Shown one piece after another: positions 41,700 to 53,970 of a stretch of 64,000 bases of DNA. The first letter of the stretch is position 1. Each line of letters starts with the position of its first letter. This stretch comes from Camelus ferus. Taxonomy: Eukaryota. The stretch lies in contig NC_045696.1 of the NCBI RefSeq assembly GCF_009834535.1, forward strand, positions 4,900,001-4,964,000, given 5' to 3'. Under the pieces are notes generated by a model. The model was not told the DNA's origin. It worked only from the letters and a program-made list of their open reading frames with translations, and made no database searches. Position numbers and translations under genes: made by a program.

Positions 41700-42305
41700 A
41701 AGGACTGCCAAACAAAAGGAGGGTACAGGAAAAATGGGGCATGAGAGGACAGCCCTGTCCCAGGCGCAGGGGAGTCCCAGGGACGTGTCCCACCAGGTGA
41801 GGGTCCTCGGCTTCTCACAGGACAGAATTCAAGAGCGAGCCGTAGTTGGGTGAAGGGAGACTTACTCAGAGAGATGCACACTCCACAGAGCAAGTGTAGG
41901 TCTTCTCAGAAGCCCAGAGAGTTCACAAGCTGAGGGGGTGGTTAGAGCAAAAGCGAACACACACTTCGCAAAGGCAAGAGAAAAGGCCACGAGGTGCAGC
42001 GCTGTTAGTTCTTATGGGCTCAGTAGCTTCATGTGCTAACAAGCGGGAGGATTGTTCCAGCTACCTCGGGATGGGGCTGGGATTCCCAGGAACTGGGCCA
42101 CTGCCCACTTTCTGACCTTCTGTGGTCAGCCTTGAAGCTGCCGAGGCGCCCGTGGGGCTGCCATTTAGCAGCTGTTGCATTTCAATGAGCGCGTATTGAA
42201 GCACCAGTTCTACTGGGAGTCGGATCTGCCGTCATCGTGATACTAACTGCTGCGTCACTCTTTTAATGGCTGCCCCTGCCCCTTCCCTCCTGTCTTGTGT
42301 GGACA
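41700..42305 (-). mobile_element. ERV1-class LTR (subfamily uncertain)
   Basis: cctcggcttctcacaggacagaattcaagagcgagcc...ggctgggattcccaggaactgggccactgcccacttt resembles ungulate ERV1 solo LTRs. Confidence 0.6.
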
Positions 42306-42334
42306 ATGTTATTTTGTGCAGTATTTCATTGTAG

Positions 42335-43250
42335 GTGACTGGTGAGAAGTGGCTGATGGTGAGCCAGGGCAGTTGTTGGGATTTAGGATTTGCAGTATTT
42401 AACAGGGGGGTCAGGGAAGGGTTCTCTGAGGAGGTGAGATTTGAGCAATGACATGGAGGTGTGCAAGATACCAAGTAGATACCTGGGGGAAACACATTCT
42501 TATCAAAGAGAACAGACAGAACAAAAACAGGAGTGTGCCTGGCAAACTTGAGGAACAGCCGAGAGGGTCGTGTGGCCTGAGCAGAGTGGACAAGGGGGAA
42601 ATTAATAGGAGAGGAGGTCAGAATTAGCAAGGCTGTTTCATGGAGGGCCTGGTACACCAGGGGTTGGGTTAAGAGGACTTGAGTCTGTCTTCTGAATAAG
42701 ATGAGGACATTTATCAGATGATTTTAAACAGAGATGTCATATGGCCTGACTTAGGTTTTAGAAGAATGCTTCTGACTCCTGTGCTGAGACTGGGCCAAAG
42801 GGACAAGCAGAGGAGCCTGTCAGAGAGCTGATCCAGGTGAGAGGGAGGGCGCCTGGAGCAGGGAGTAGCAGTAGAGGTCGCCGGTGCAAGACAAACTCTG
42901 GGTCTATTTTTAAGATCTAATCAGCAGCATTTCCTAATGGATTGGATGTGGTTGTCAGAGGAATAAAGATGGAAAGACAACTGCAAAATTCTGGTTTGAG
43001 CAAGAGAAGAACAGCGCTGTCATCCACGATTTGGCAAAAGATGCAATGGAGGAGTTTGAGGGAAGAAATTAGGACTCTGGTTTTTGATGTGTTGAGGTTA
43101 AAACACACATTAGACAAACAGGTGGGCCCATAAAGTAGGAAATTATCTGTATATGTGAGGGTGGAGTTTAGGAATCCAAGCTGTGGATTTGGAGACATCT
43201 GTGAATAGACGATGTGTAAAGCCGGCGACTAGGTGTGACCATCAGGGGAC
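42335..43250 (-). mobile_element. L2a-like LINE body
   Basis: ggtcagggaagggttctctgaggaggtgagatttgagca...tgaggaacagc...tgtggcctgagcagagtgg...ttttagaagaatgcttctgactcctgtg...tttttgatgtgttgaggtt. Confidence 0.8.
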
Positions 43251-43629
43251 TCTGCGTGCCTCACTGCAGGGTTTAACTTCATACAGACAGACTTACCAAT
43301 CCCTTAGTCAGATTCACGGTAAAACCTATTCACTAAAAATCTGAAGGTAAAGTCTGACAAACATTCAAATAAGGACTGTTTGAAATTTAAATTTGTCTCT
43401 TTTTAAATTTCCTAGATTAGAATGAATCAATTTATTATTAAACATTATCCTATTGATTTCAAAGTGCAGGAACCCAAATCAAACTAATTTAACAGCAGTT
43501 ACAACAGTGTGTTGGGGGAGGTAGGGATGGAGACTGACATATTGAGCCAGACTTTGAGAGGGGCGGACATGGAGCGTGTAGGAGTCAAGGAGGCTGATCT
43601 AGGCTCTCAGTTGCCATTTGAACCTTCCT

Positions 43630-43960
43630 TCGTCTCTTTTTGGCACTTCCCTCTTAACATTGGCTTACTTCCCTCAGAGCAGTTTCTCCAGGTGGCAGGA
43701 AGACTGGCCCTAGACATCTCTGGACTCACATGCCCACGAGCTACAGTAAAGAAAAGAGCCCTTCCCCAGCCATTCTGCTTAGGAAGAGCCTAGGGAGGGA
43801 CTTGGGTCAGCTCACTCAGCCACAGCCCACTGCTGCTCCAGTCACAGTGGCCAGGACAGCGGGTGCCTGGATCGGCTGCCTGCCTCCACCTGCACCCCCA
43901 AACCAGGGAGAAGACGCGGTTATCAGAAGAAGGGGGGGGAATTGAAGACAACAGACATTT
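43630..43960 (-). mobile_element. Old MaLR LTR fragment (MLT1J/K-like); a matching-type terminal piece lies at about 41500-41595
   Basis: ttggcttacttccctc...gggaggga...ccagtcacagtggccagg; at 41500 gtattagtc...tgtaagtgaaagac...caaactggc...aaggagaatttattggctc. Confidence 0.5.
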
Positions 43961-44906
43961 CAGGTTGTCTTAAGACAGTGAATTAAAGTATGAACAGGAC
44001 TGACAGTGACTCTAGTTTGTGAATTCACTATATTTATTAAAATATGCCCCATAAAGAAGGCCCCCGAGCAGCCCAGCACCTCAGAAAGTAAGTCCCACCC
44101 AATGATGAAGAATTCTCTCCAACAGGAAACCAACCTCAGAGGTAAAAAGAACTGTGTTAGACAATGGAAGCCAAGTACGACCATGGATAGGGAAGGCTGG
44201 GGAGGGGCCTGCTGCATGGGGCTTCCCAGGTGAAGAATAGTAAGTTCTGGATTCCTGTATGTCAGCCTAGGGCATGCTTTTTTGCTAATCAGATTCACAT
44301 GCACTGCACTCTAGCAAAATTACTCAGAGTAATTTGATTTAAGATACTACTTGCATTTCTTGCTTAAGATGACTTCTAACTTTCAATATATAGTAACAAT
44401 TATACACCATTAATAATATTAGCCTTTCCTCAGATGTCACAAGAAAGGTTGTAACCAAATTAACTTCTGAACACTTCAATTTGAATTTTAAAATGTTTTG
44501 AAATAAAACATGTAAATTAAATCATACTCTAGTGGTTAGGAGTACAGTCCATCAAAGCTTTTAAAAAATTAATAACCTTTGCTGTTTTCAATTATGATAA
44601 GTATTATGATAAAGGGAGAGATAAGAAATCAACTGAATTACAGGAAAAGACAGATTTTTTGACTCTCTGTGGATCAGGATCAGAAGACAGTCTTTCTTAT
44701 TTTATGCATATAAATACAACTCCGTTACCTTTGCTGGTAGAATACACAGTGAATATTTTATTCAGATAATTATAGAGGAGCAAATATGATACCTCAAAAG
44801 TTCATTGGAAAAGGTCCCACTTTTTCCCATGAATAATGCTGCAAACTGTGAAACCAGCCATTTTTATCTTGTTTCCTGGAAGTTCTTCTTTTAACCTGAA
44901 TAGAGT

Positions 44907-44907
<1 letters not shown>

Positions 44908-44948
<41 letters not shown>
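44908..44948. repeat. (TG)n microsatellite
   Basis: Direct inspection, about 20 units. Confidence 0.95.
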
Positions 44949-44949
<1 letters not shown>

Positions 44950-45399
44950 AGGGGAGCGGTGTTTGGCTGACATTTGGAAACAATACTATTTTTCTGTCAT
45001 GTCTTTTTTGCTTTTTTGTCCCCTTCATTTATTTTGTAGCATATGACTTGGGAAATTTGGAAAAAAAAAAAAAACCCTCAAAGATTGATGTAAATGACAC
45101 GTTAATCATTGATAATGGTGGAAACTTCAGCAGTTCAAAAATATATTAATCAGAAGACAATTGTGCTGCCTTCAAACTTGTAGGGAGAAATAAAAGTCAG
45201 AATCCCTTCTTTCACTTCATTTCAGTTTAACAGGCAGTGTTATATTTAACACATTTCACAGCTTTCCCTGCCTCATTTTAGGCACCACATTGAACTTGAA
45301 CAGTAGCCTAATTGAGTGTTCTAATTGCTAGGGACCAACACTGCCAAGAAAGTTAATTGGCTACTAGATAAAAATGTCACCTTATATTTATATTTATAT

Positions 45400-45575
45400 A
45401 AAACTTCGTCGTTTACAAAACACTTTCATATGTGTCACCTTAATTAATACTCACAGTGACTCTGTCATGTAGATAAAGCATCATCAGAGAAACAGAGTAA
45501 GAGTGAGCAGGAGACTTGCTCAGGGTTGTCTAGTGATGTATTCAAGACTCAAACACACATCCTTGCATTCAGTAC
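45400..45575 (-). mobile_element. MIR SINE (degenerate)
   Basis: tttacaaaacactttcatatg...atactcacagtgactctg...gacttgctcagggt...caagactcaaacacac. Confidence 0.6.
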
Positions 45576-46220
45576 TACCCCGTGGTGTGTTTTTGAAAAG
45601 TAAGCTACATGGCAGTGGGAAGCCAGGATTGAAGTGAGAAGAAATTAAGTCCAAAAGCCTAGGAAGAACACTATTTAAAAAGTCAAGTTTCTTGACCTGA
45701 GACTATTTTAGAAATAAGGGCATGAAATATTGAGCACCTATTTTAGGAGAGAGAGAGAGCATTAGTTAAATTGAAGAGATTAAGAGGAGGGAATGGATTT
45801 GGTGAGTGAGGGTGGTTAAGAACCAAAGATGACTCCAGAAGTTGTAATCTGGTTGATGGAAAGGCCAAGAGAGGGAACCTAAAATATGAGAGGCTTGGGA
45901 GAGTCTTAAGAAGGGTAGAGTTTGGTTATCAAGTGTCTGTGGACCACCATTCTGGATTCAGACCAGGGGAACTTTGAAGTATGGATTTGGGGAGTGGGCT
46001 AAAATTAGCAGAGAGAGATGGGTGCAGTTGTAGTCTAAGAAGCACCTAACTTTCAGAGTTGTATTTTGTGAGTTTTTAAAATTAACGTTTGCCAATAATG
46101 AGAGGAGATGATGATGTTAGAAATGCAGCAAAAGCAATCACAGAACTCACTCTTCCATGTCTCATTTCAGTGCTCATATTTGTAGCACTTTTCCAGTTCT
46201 AATCTGAGACAGATTTTTAT

Positions 46221-46751
46221 CGTGTCCTGCTTCAAACTGGTTGAAGAATTAGGCGTCGTCGACAGCGTTTCCGACCCTTACGGCGGTGACCCTTTGTGTT
46301 CCGCAGCCTAGCGGAGACCCTCTGCTGCACGATTTGGCACGAAGTTCCTGCTTCGGACCATAGGCTGCATTTCACCTGACTGGCATCGCAGCAGTCTGGC
46401 AGGCCGCGCTGGTGCCGTTGGAGGAGTGGACGCTGTGTTAAAAATGCTGCTGAGAATGTCTCCATCTCTAAGTGAGCAGCCAGGAGTGAGGTCTTCTAAT
46501 GACATCATTCTTCAAGGGCCCCTGACAGCTAATGGCATTTGGCCCAGGCAGAGCTACAGCTCTGTGCGCGGAAACCACCTTGGCCGTGTCACCCGCTCCC
46601 GCTTTCCGACATCTTCTCATGTGCTGTTCCAACCAGAGCACCGTCCGCTCCCAGCCGGTACTAAACCCAGCTCCGCCGGGGGAGGGGAGTCCGAATTCAC
46701 CGCTTTCGCTTTCTCACACTCTCCTCTCTCCAGCTACTGGAGTTGTTTGCG
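46221..46751. promoter_or_regulatory. CpG-rich island in intron 8
   Basis: About 33 CpGs counted by hand in about 530 bp, against strongly CpG-depleted flanks. No repeat recognised. GGGGGAGGGG GC-box-like motif near 46678. Confidence 0.55.
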
Positions 46752-49700
46752 ATACTGTTTATAGAAAACATAACATTTCCAGGTTATTTTTCTCTTTTAG
46801 GTGCGTTGTTAAAGATGAGCAATGTTTAATTTAGGGTCCTATTTGCTAGGGTCTTCTGTGACCAAAATTTTAGTCATTGGCATAACTTTTATGTCGATTT
46901 TCAACAACTACTTAGGGAATGTATAGCTTGTATTATGAATAACAGAAGATAATAGATCTGCTGAGGGAATATAAAGGGAATACAAGAAATGTGTAACATT
47001 TTTGTGGTCATTTATGATTTCAAATTTACGTTCTCTTTGCTAGTTTAACACCCTAATGTGACAGAAGAAGGCTGATCAAGTAGGGAGTTTTCACTATCCC
47101 TCCTTTCCAAACTACCAGAGAAGCACTCACATTCAGATGTGCTTAAATGGCCGCGTTTACTCGCCTGACCTGAGGATTCATTCTCTCAGACCTCCACGGA
47201 AGAGTTCTTTACTTTGGTTAAGATGTCAAAATTGAGCTGGAGACTCAGCCTGAGTGCTTACTTCAGACAGATTTGTGTTGGAGGTAGATTGCTTTGTAAT
47301 TTTTCTTCCATTCTGGAAAATGAGACTGGTACCTTTCTTTAAGGAAACACTGTATTACATTTTTTAAGAAATAATATCTCAAATTGCTTTCCTCCAAGTA
47401 GAGGAAAAGAAAGAGATGAGGTATTGGGTTTGTTCTGAAGTCAAAGAATGCAAATTTTTACTCGGTTAAAATTAAAATTGTAGGAGAAACAGTGTTTCGC
47501 AGTATTTATTATGCTTGTTAAACATGGAGACTTAAAAGAGGAGAGAATTAAGTAGAGGAAAAAGGAAGGAAAAAACGGCAAGAAGATTCCTCACACTTTC
47601 AGTGCCTCACTCATAATCAGTCTCTGTGCAGATATGCACACACGCAGGAAGAACTTTGGTAGCTAAGTGAGAGTTCTCTGATGATATTTTAAATCAGGAA
47701 AAAATAACTCTCAATTACCCAAAATCATTCAATATGGATTGGTACGAACAAAAGTAATTTGTAAAAATATATAAATTCAACAGAATTGTATAGTTTATGC
47801 ACATGCACAATATGACATAAATAATATCCATGTGTATTATACTTATTTATAAATAGGAAGATATTACATTCACACATGAAGTATTTGCGTGTGTTAAAAT
47901 CATGTATAATATTTATGTGTATTATATTCATATGTAGATAGACATAGATAAGTATATCTAATATATGCCTACCAATGTGCAAATAGATGACACAAGGATA
48001 GAACTTCAGCAACACACCTGAAGTTGGAGTTCATCTAGACCAGCTTCCTGTGTGATCCACAGCTTGCCCCTCAGCTGTGCTCAGATTTTGGCCGTGGCTA
48101 TCAGACATGTCTTCCTCCTGTTGGATGCACGTTGTCTTCTGTAGTCTCCCCTTTCTTTCTGGTCCCCTTGTTCCCTCCAGGGCAGCTCCAAGGAATTCTC
48201 CCCCTTCTCCACAGAAGCCACCAGTTGGGGACAGCAGTGAGCCACTGCCTTCCTGCCTCGCTGTCTTTTTTTTAAAGAAACTCTTAAATATATATTTTTA
48301 TTGAACTATAGTTTGCAGATACTAACTAATACATATAAAATAGATACACAACAAGTTCATACTTTATTCCCTCACATTCTTTAACATCCTCGTTCCTTCA
48401 ACTGCGTCGTACAACAAACTCAGAAACTAGTTTCCTCTATAAGGATACATTGATGCATCTGTCTACTCTCAAAGAAACACAGCCCTCTAGGAATTTTTGA
48501 ATGTCTTAAAGAGGGAAATGAGAGCATCACCTCCGTCCTGACACCAAGATTCGTTTGTTGTAACCCAAGTCCCCACTGTTGAGACATTCTTCTGGGCTCA
48601 CTAACAAATATAATGGATGCAGTGTCTTAATTTGTTACTTCTTCCATCACGACTGAGGCTGGGCATCTCTTCATATTCTTTTTAGCTATTTGGTGTCCCA
48701 TCTGTGCATTTCCTTTGCCCGTTTTATATCTGTCTTCCTGCTACTTCTCCCAGCTTGGCTATAGTTCTTTAATGTAAATAAGAAACTCTTGTTACTTAGA
48801 AATGGTTGTCGATATATTTTCCAGCTCTGTCTTTTGACTCTTTATCTTTGATGGTCTTCATTGGGATCATGTTTAAGAAGTCTCTGAGCTCATGGAAGAT
48901 ACGTTCCTACATTTTTTCGTGTTTTTGCTCTATGTTTATATTCCACCACCTACGTGTAGGTCTTCGGTGCACATTGAGGACTGTAGACACAGTAGAAGTG
49001 AGTGCCCAGTGTCTTCTTTGTCTATTGAGTCAGTTCCCTTAATATCATCTAGTGAGTGACCCATACTTCCCACTCTTCTCCGTGTATCAAGAGATCATGG
49101 TGGTGTGGTCAGAGATCATTTTAGTCTGTAAATTGAATTGAAGCTTTCTTTATGAATGTTTCATCTATTTAGTGAATATCTGTTTTTTCTTATATTTGTT
49201 GGGTATAAATTTGTATGTGTCAGATTAAATTTAATAATTATATTATATCTCATCTCTAGCTTTGCTGATTTTTTAGTCCTCTGATAAATTGATTAATAAT
49301 CAATTTATCAGAGTGGGTGTTAATATTACCAAAGACAATTGATTTATCTATTTTCTGCTATGACCTCTGGTATTTTTTGCCTTGTATTATCTATTATATG
49401 GTTTAAAAATTACTCTCCTTTGTGCCTGGTAGATCTTTTCCCATTTTTTTTTTCAACTCCTGCTTTTCTGTAGCCTTTTATTTTATGATGTTGCTTGAAC
49501 TCAGTTTTTAATCCAATGTGTGTGTGTGACTTTTGATACATGTTTAACATGTATGTTTATTTGAATTAATTTTATATCAGAAATTATTTTAGTCAAATTA
49601 TTTTATATTTTTAATTTACTCTCTATTTCCTGTTCTCTCTTTGCACTAGATAGGATTCTTCACATACTGATAATTAGATTTATAATAAAATCTGTTGATA

Positions 49701-51427
49701 CTTGATGACCATAAATATGCTGCAATCATATCTCCAGGCACATAGATTTCCTTGTACTAACTACTCAAGTCAGTGAAAGAATTTGTTAATTTCGTCAAGC
49801 AGGAGCTAGTTACTTATAATGTGTATTAATCTAGGCTTCACAATAGAATACCTTGGTTTTGCAGACCTGAATTTTCCAATTTGTCTACAAGTGATACAAA
49901 TACTTGGAAAATTTCACTCTGTACCTTCCATTCAAAGAATCAAAACATATTAGTGCTTAAAGCCATCTTGTCTGAGTCTCATCAAGAGGAAATTGAGATT
50001 CAGAGAATTGAAGAGACTTGTGCAGGAACACAGAGTTGGCTGAAGGAGTAGAGAGGGGGGGTGTCTATAGAATTCATTTTGCATAGATCTATGCTGCTGT
50101 GAATATTATGTGGGTAGAATATAGAGGAACAAGTCTTTAATTGGCCTATTTTCAGGCATTTAATAGTATTCCTTTTTCATTATATCACTAATTCAGTGCC
50201 CTGAAATTTCCAAATTTCATTGACTTACAGTTTTGTTGAATTATCAATTATATGATTAATAACCAGTGTTCTAAAAAAGGATGACCTTTTTGTAAGTCAA
50301 GGTCATGAAAAATACTCCTCAAGTAAATACCTAGCTATTACTAACAATTATCATAAAGAAGCTAATGGGGAAAACAAGATAAGTCTTAAAATGAATGACA
50401 GTGATTTTATGGATCTTGGCTGTCCCTGTCATTTAACCTAGCTGCCATCACCCCTAGTTGGAGTCCTCTGGCTTTGCCTGCATTGATAGTCCATATAAAT
50501 AAAATAAGTGTAACCCATCTGGATGAGTCTTTTCTCCACCTGGGTTAGGACAACATGAGCTATGGTTCATTTTCTTGATGGCATCATGATTCAAATGGCT
50601 TTTCTTTAAATATTAGAGATGCAAGCTCGTTTGGGTTAATTAGAAAACTACTGTTTTATTAACAAGTCTCTGAGTAAATATGTTATTGCCCCCAACCAGG
50701 GGAAAAGTAACCTGTGCTCCTAAGTCCAAGGTAACTCTGATTGTTAAAGATGGAAATTCTCATGAATTCTGAAGTTGTTCATCATTTTTAAATGTTAAAG
50801 AAACTATTTATTTCAACATAATATGGTTATAGCTATAAAACACCTTCCATGAAAATCCTTGAAGGAATGTCTCATTGACTAAAAATAAAAATCACCTGAA
50901 GAAACCACCCAATTCCTTCCCCCATTTCTCACTGCAGACATCTGGTTAACAAGAGCACAGGTAATTCATTTTTCTCGAAAGTGCTTTGAAAGGAGATGCT
51001 GTCATGTTTCTTGTAGCTTGTTTTAGTGTTTTGCTTCCTCAAATTTCAAGCAGTTTGTCTTTTCTCTCCTTTATGTCTAAAGTACATCTTTCCAGCTGAT
51101 GAAAGAACAGTTCTTGTTTCTCTTATTATATGTCTCCATTATGCCTTATGGATTTTTTTCTTTCTAAAATGTTTTAATTGTATTTTTGCTCATTGATTTA
51201 TTGGTAATTTAATATCTATCTATCTATATATTTATTTATTTATTTACTTACTTACTTACTTACTTATTTATTTTTCTTACCTTTCTACTTAAGTTGTCAT
51301 AGTTATGGCTCTCCGGTTCTTCTCACCATCTGGTATTCCAGGATAAGCATCCTACTTAAGAACTACCTTGCTAGTCATGGAAGAGTTAGCTACTCTTATC
51401 TCTGATTTATTCCCGTTACACTTTTCT

Positions 51428-52855
51428 ATTTTTTATTTCTTTTTTTATTAAAGTAGAGATGATTTACAATGTTGTGTTACTTTCAGGTGTACAGCAAAGT
51501 GATTCAGTTACATACATATATATATATACACACACATATTCTTTTGAGATTCTTTTCCATTATAGGTTATTAAAAGATGTTGAATAGTTTCCTGTGCTAT
51601 ACAGTTGTTTATCTATTTTATGGATAGTAATGTGTGTCTGTTAATCCAAAACTCCTAATTTATGCCCCCTCCAATCTTTCCCCTTCAGTAACCATAAGTT
51701 TGTTTTCTGTCTGTTTCTGTTTTGTAAATAAGTTCATTTGTATCAGTTTTTAGATTGCACATATAAGTGATATATGGTATTTGTCTTTCTCTGTCTGACT
51801 TACTTCACTTAGTATGATCATCTCTAGGACGATCCACATTGCTGCAAATGGCATTATTTCCTTCTTTTTATGGCTAAGTAGTATTCCATTGTATAAATAT
51901 ACCACATTTTCTTTATCCACTCATCTGTCGATGGACACTTAGGTTGATTCCATATCTTGGCTGTTGTAAATTGTGCTTCTATGAACATTGAAGTGCATGT
52001 ATTTTTCCGAAATAGAGTTTTTGTCTTTTCTGGATATTTGCCCAAGAATGGGATTGCCGTATCAGATAGTAAGTCTATTTTCAGTTTTTTAAGGAACCTC
52101 CATACTATTTTCCATAGTGGCTGCACTAAATTCCATTTCCACCAACAGTGTAGGAGGGTTCCCTTTTCTCCATACCCTCTCTAGCATTTATTATTTGTAG
52201 ACTTTTTGATGATGGCCATTCTGACCTGTGTGAGGTGATACCTCATCACAGTTTTGACTTGCATATTTTTGATAATTAGCAGTGTTGAGCATATTTTCAT
52301 GTGTCTTGTTGGCCATCTCTGTATCATTTTGGAGAAATATCTACTTAGGTCTTCTGCCCGTTTTTTGATTGGGTTGTTTTATTTTTTTTATATTGAGCTG
52401 TATGAGCTGTTTGTATATTTTAGAAATTAATCCCTTGTTGGTCGTATTATTTGCAAATATTTTCTCCCATTCCATAGGTTGTCTTTCTGTTTTTGTTTAT
52501 GGTTTCCTTTGCTGTGCAAAAGCTTTTAAGTTTAATTAGGTCCCATTTGTTTATTTTTGCTTTTATTTCCATTACTCTAGGAGATGAATCTAAAAAAACC
52601 GTTGCTGCGATTTATGTCAAAGAGTGTTTTGCCTTTGTTTTCCTCTGGTTTTATAGTATCTGGTCGTACATTTAGGTTTTTACCCGATTTTGAGTTTATT
52701 TTTGTATGTGGTGTTAGAGAATGCTCTACTTTCATTTGCTTGCAGGCGGCTGTCCAGTTCTCCCAGCGCCACTTACTGAAGAGACTGTCTTGTCTCCATT
52801 GCATCTTCTTGCCTGCTTTGTTGTAGGTTAATTGCCTGTAAGTGCCTGGGCTTAT
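51428..52855 (-). mobile_element. 5'-truncated L1 (cetartiodactyl-type) with ORF2 C-terminal remnants and TSD
   Basis: ORF track: [16 protein letters not shown]...QPKCPSTDEWIKKMWYIYTMEYY (51854-52126) and DSLFSKWRWENW...LTPHTKINSK (52577-52804). TSD ttacacttttct (51416) / ttacactgttct (52856). Confidence 0.92.
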
Positions 52856-53534
52856 TTACACTGTTCTTACGTCAGCTGTGCTGCTCTGTTGGCTTGTGTT
52901 CAGCTCATGAACCCTCCCTGGGCTTTTGGCGTCATCTACTGGAAATCCAGGATGCAGTGTATGCGGTATGTGTGTGTGCTTGGGTATCTGTGTATGTGTG
53001 TGTGTATGTGATTTTTATTTGCCAGGTTTTCTTGTATTTCTAAGTTGAGTCTTTTGGGATCTCTTGGGCTCTAATTCAGATATTGGCATTGAATTCTTCC
53101 TCATTTTTTCCACATATCCTTACTGAGCTTGTGAATATGCATATCCCCATATTATAGATAAAGACAAAAATTCAGTTCTGAACACTGGCTCAACTTGGGG
53201 CAGGAAAATTAGTAAAATGAACAAATGAATAAACAAGCACAGACTTTTTAAAGGTTATGAGCAGCAGTCTTGAATTTTCAAATTACTTTTTCCCTTGTTT
53301 CTGTCATCCCTTTTCTGTTCTTCAGGAGCATGGGAACACACTGATAGTCACATCCAGAGGGGTCTTATTAAAAGAGAACCCAGCACACGTGGTAACTGTC
53401 CCCTGGTTACAATCCAAAATGAATAATAGCAACGTGGATGGATGGGTGGAGTATGCAGAGGCAATGTGTTACAAACAAACGTGGTTGTGTTATCAATAGT
53501 AGATTGGTTTTTCATTTTAAATGAAGCAAAGTCT

Positions 53535-53970
53535 TGCAGGTTGTGTTCTCCAGGGAGCCATCTCTGAGATGGAGTTCAGTGTGCAGGGTATTTATCAGGG
53601 AGCGTCCTTGCAATCAACATGTGTGGATGGAGGGAAAGGGGGAAGGAGTGGGCAGAGGAAGAAGATGAACTGTGATGCAGGTCGATGACAGACTCATCCA
53701 ACTCTACAGGGAGCTCTGGAGAAAGAGTGTTTCTTCAGAGTTGTCCTAAGTGGGGGCAAAAGTGGCCTCTTCAGTCACTCATTGGATACAGGCCACCCCA
53801 GAAAGGAATTGTGCTTGGATGAGGTGGGTCACTGCAGCTGGGGCCATATTTGAAGTGGCTGATGACTAGAGGGTACTACCTGACATCACTTGCAGAATCT
53901 GGGGCACACGTCCTCAAAGGACTCTGGGCCACGTAGATGTGTCTTCACGTATATCAGAGGCCACCACTTA
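53535..53970 (-). mobile_element. ERVL LTR16-like solo LTR
   Basis: caggttgtgttctccaggga...tctgagatggag...gtgcagggtatttatcagggag...gggcagaggaagaagatgaactgtgatgcag...cagggagctctggag...cagtcactcattggatacagg. Confidence 0.7.

Noticed and set aside
46232..46465. Minus-strand 77-aa ORF with an Arg/Lys-rich tail (protamine- or NLS-like)
   Set aside because: The basic tail follows from local CpG richness; no homology recognised and no supporting gene structure.
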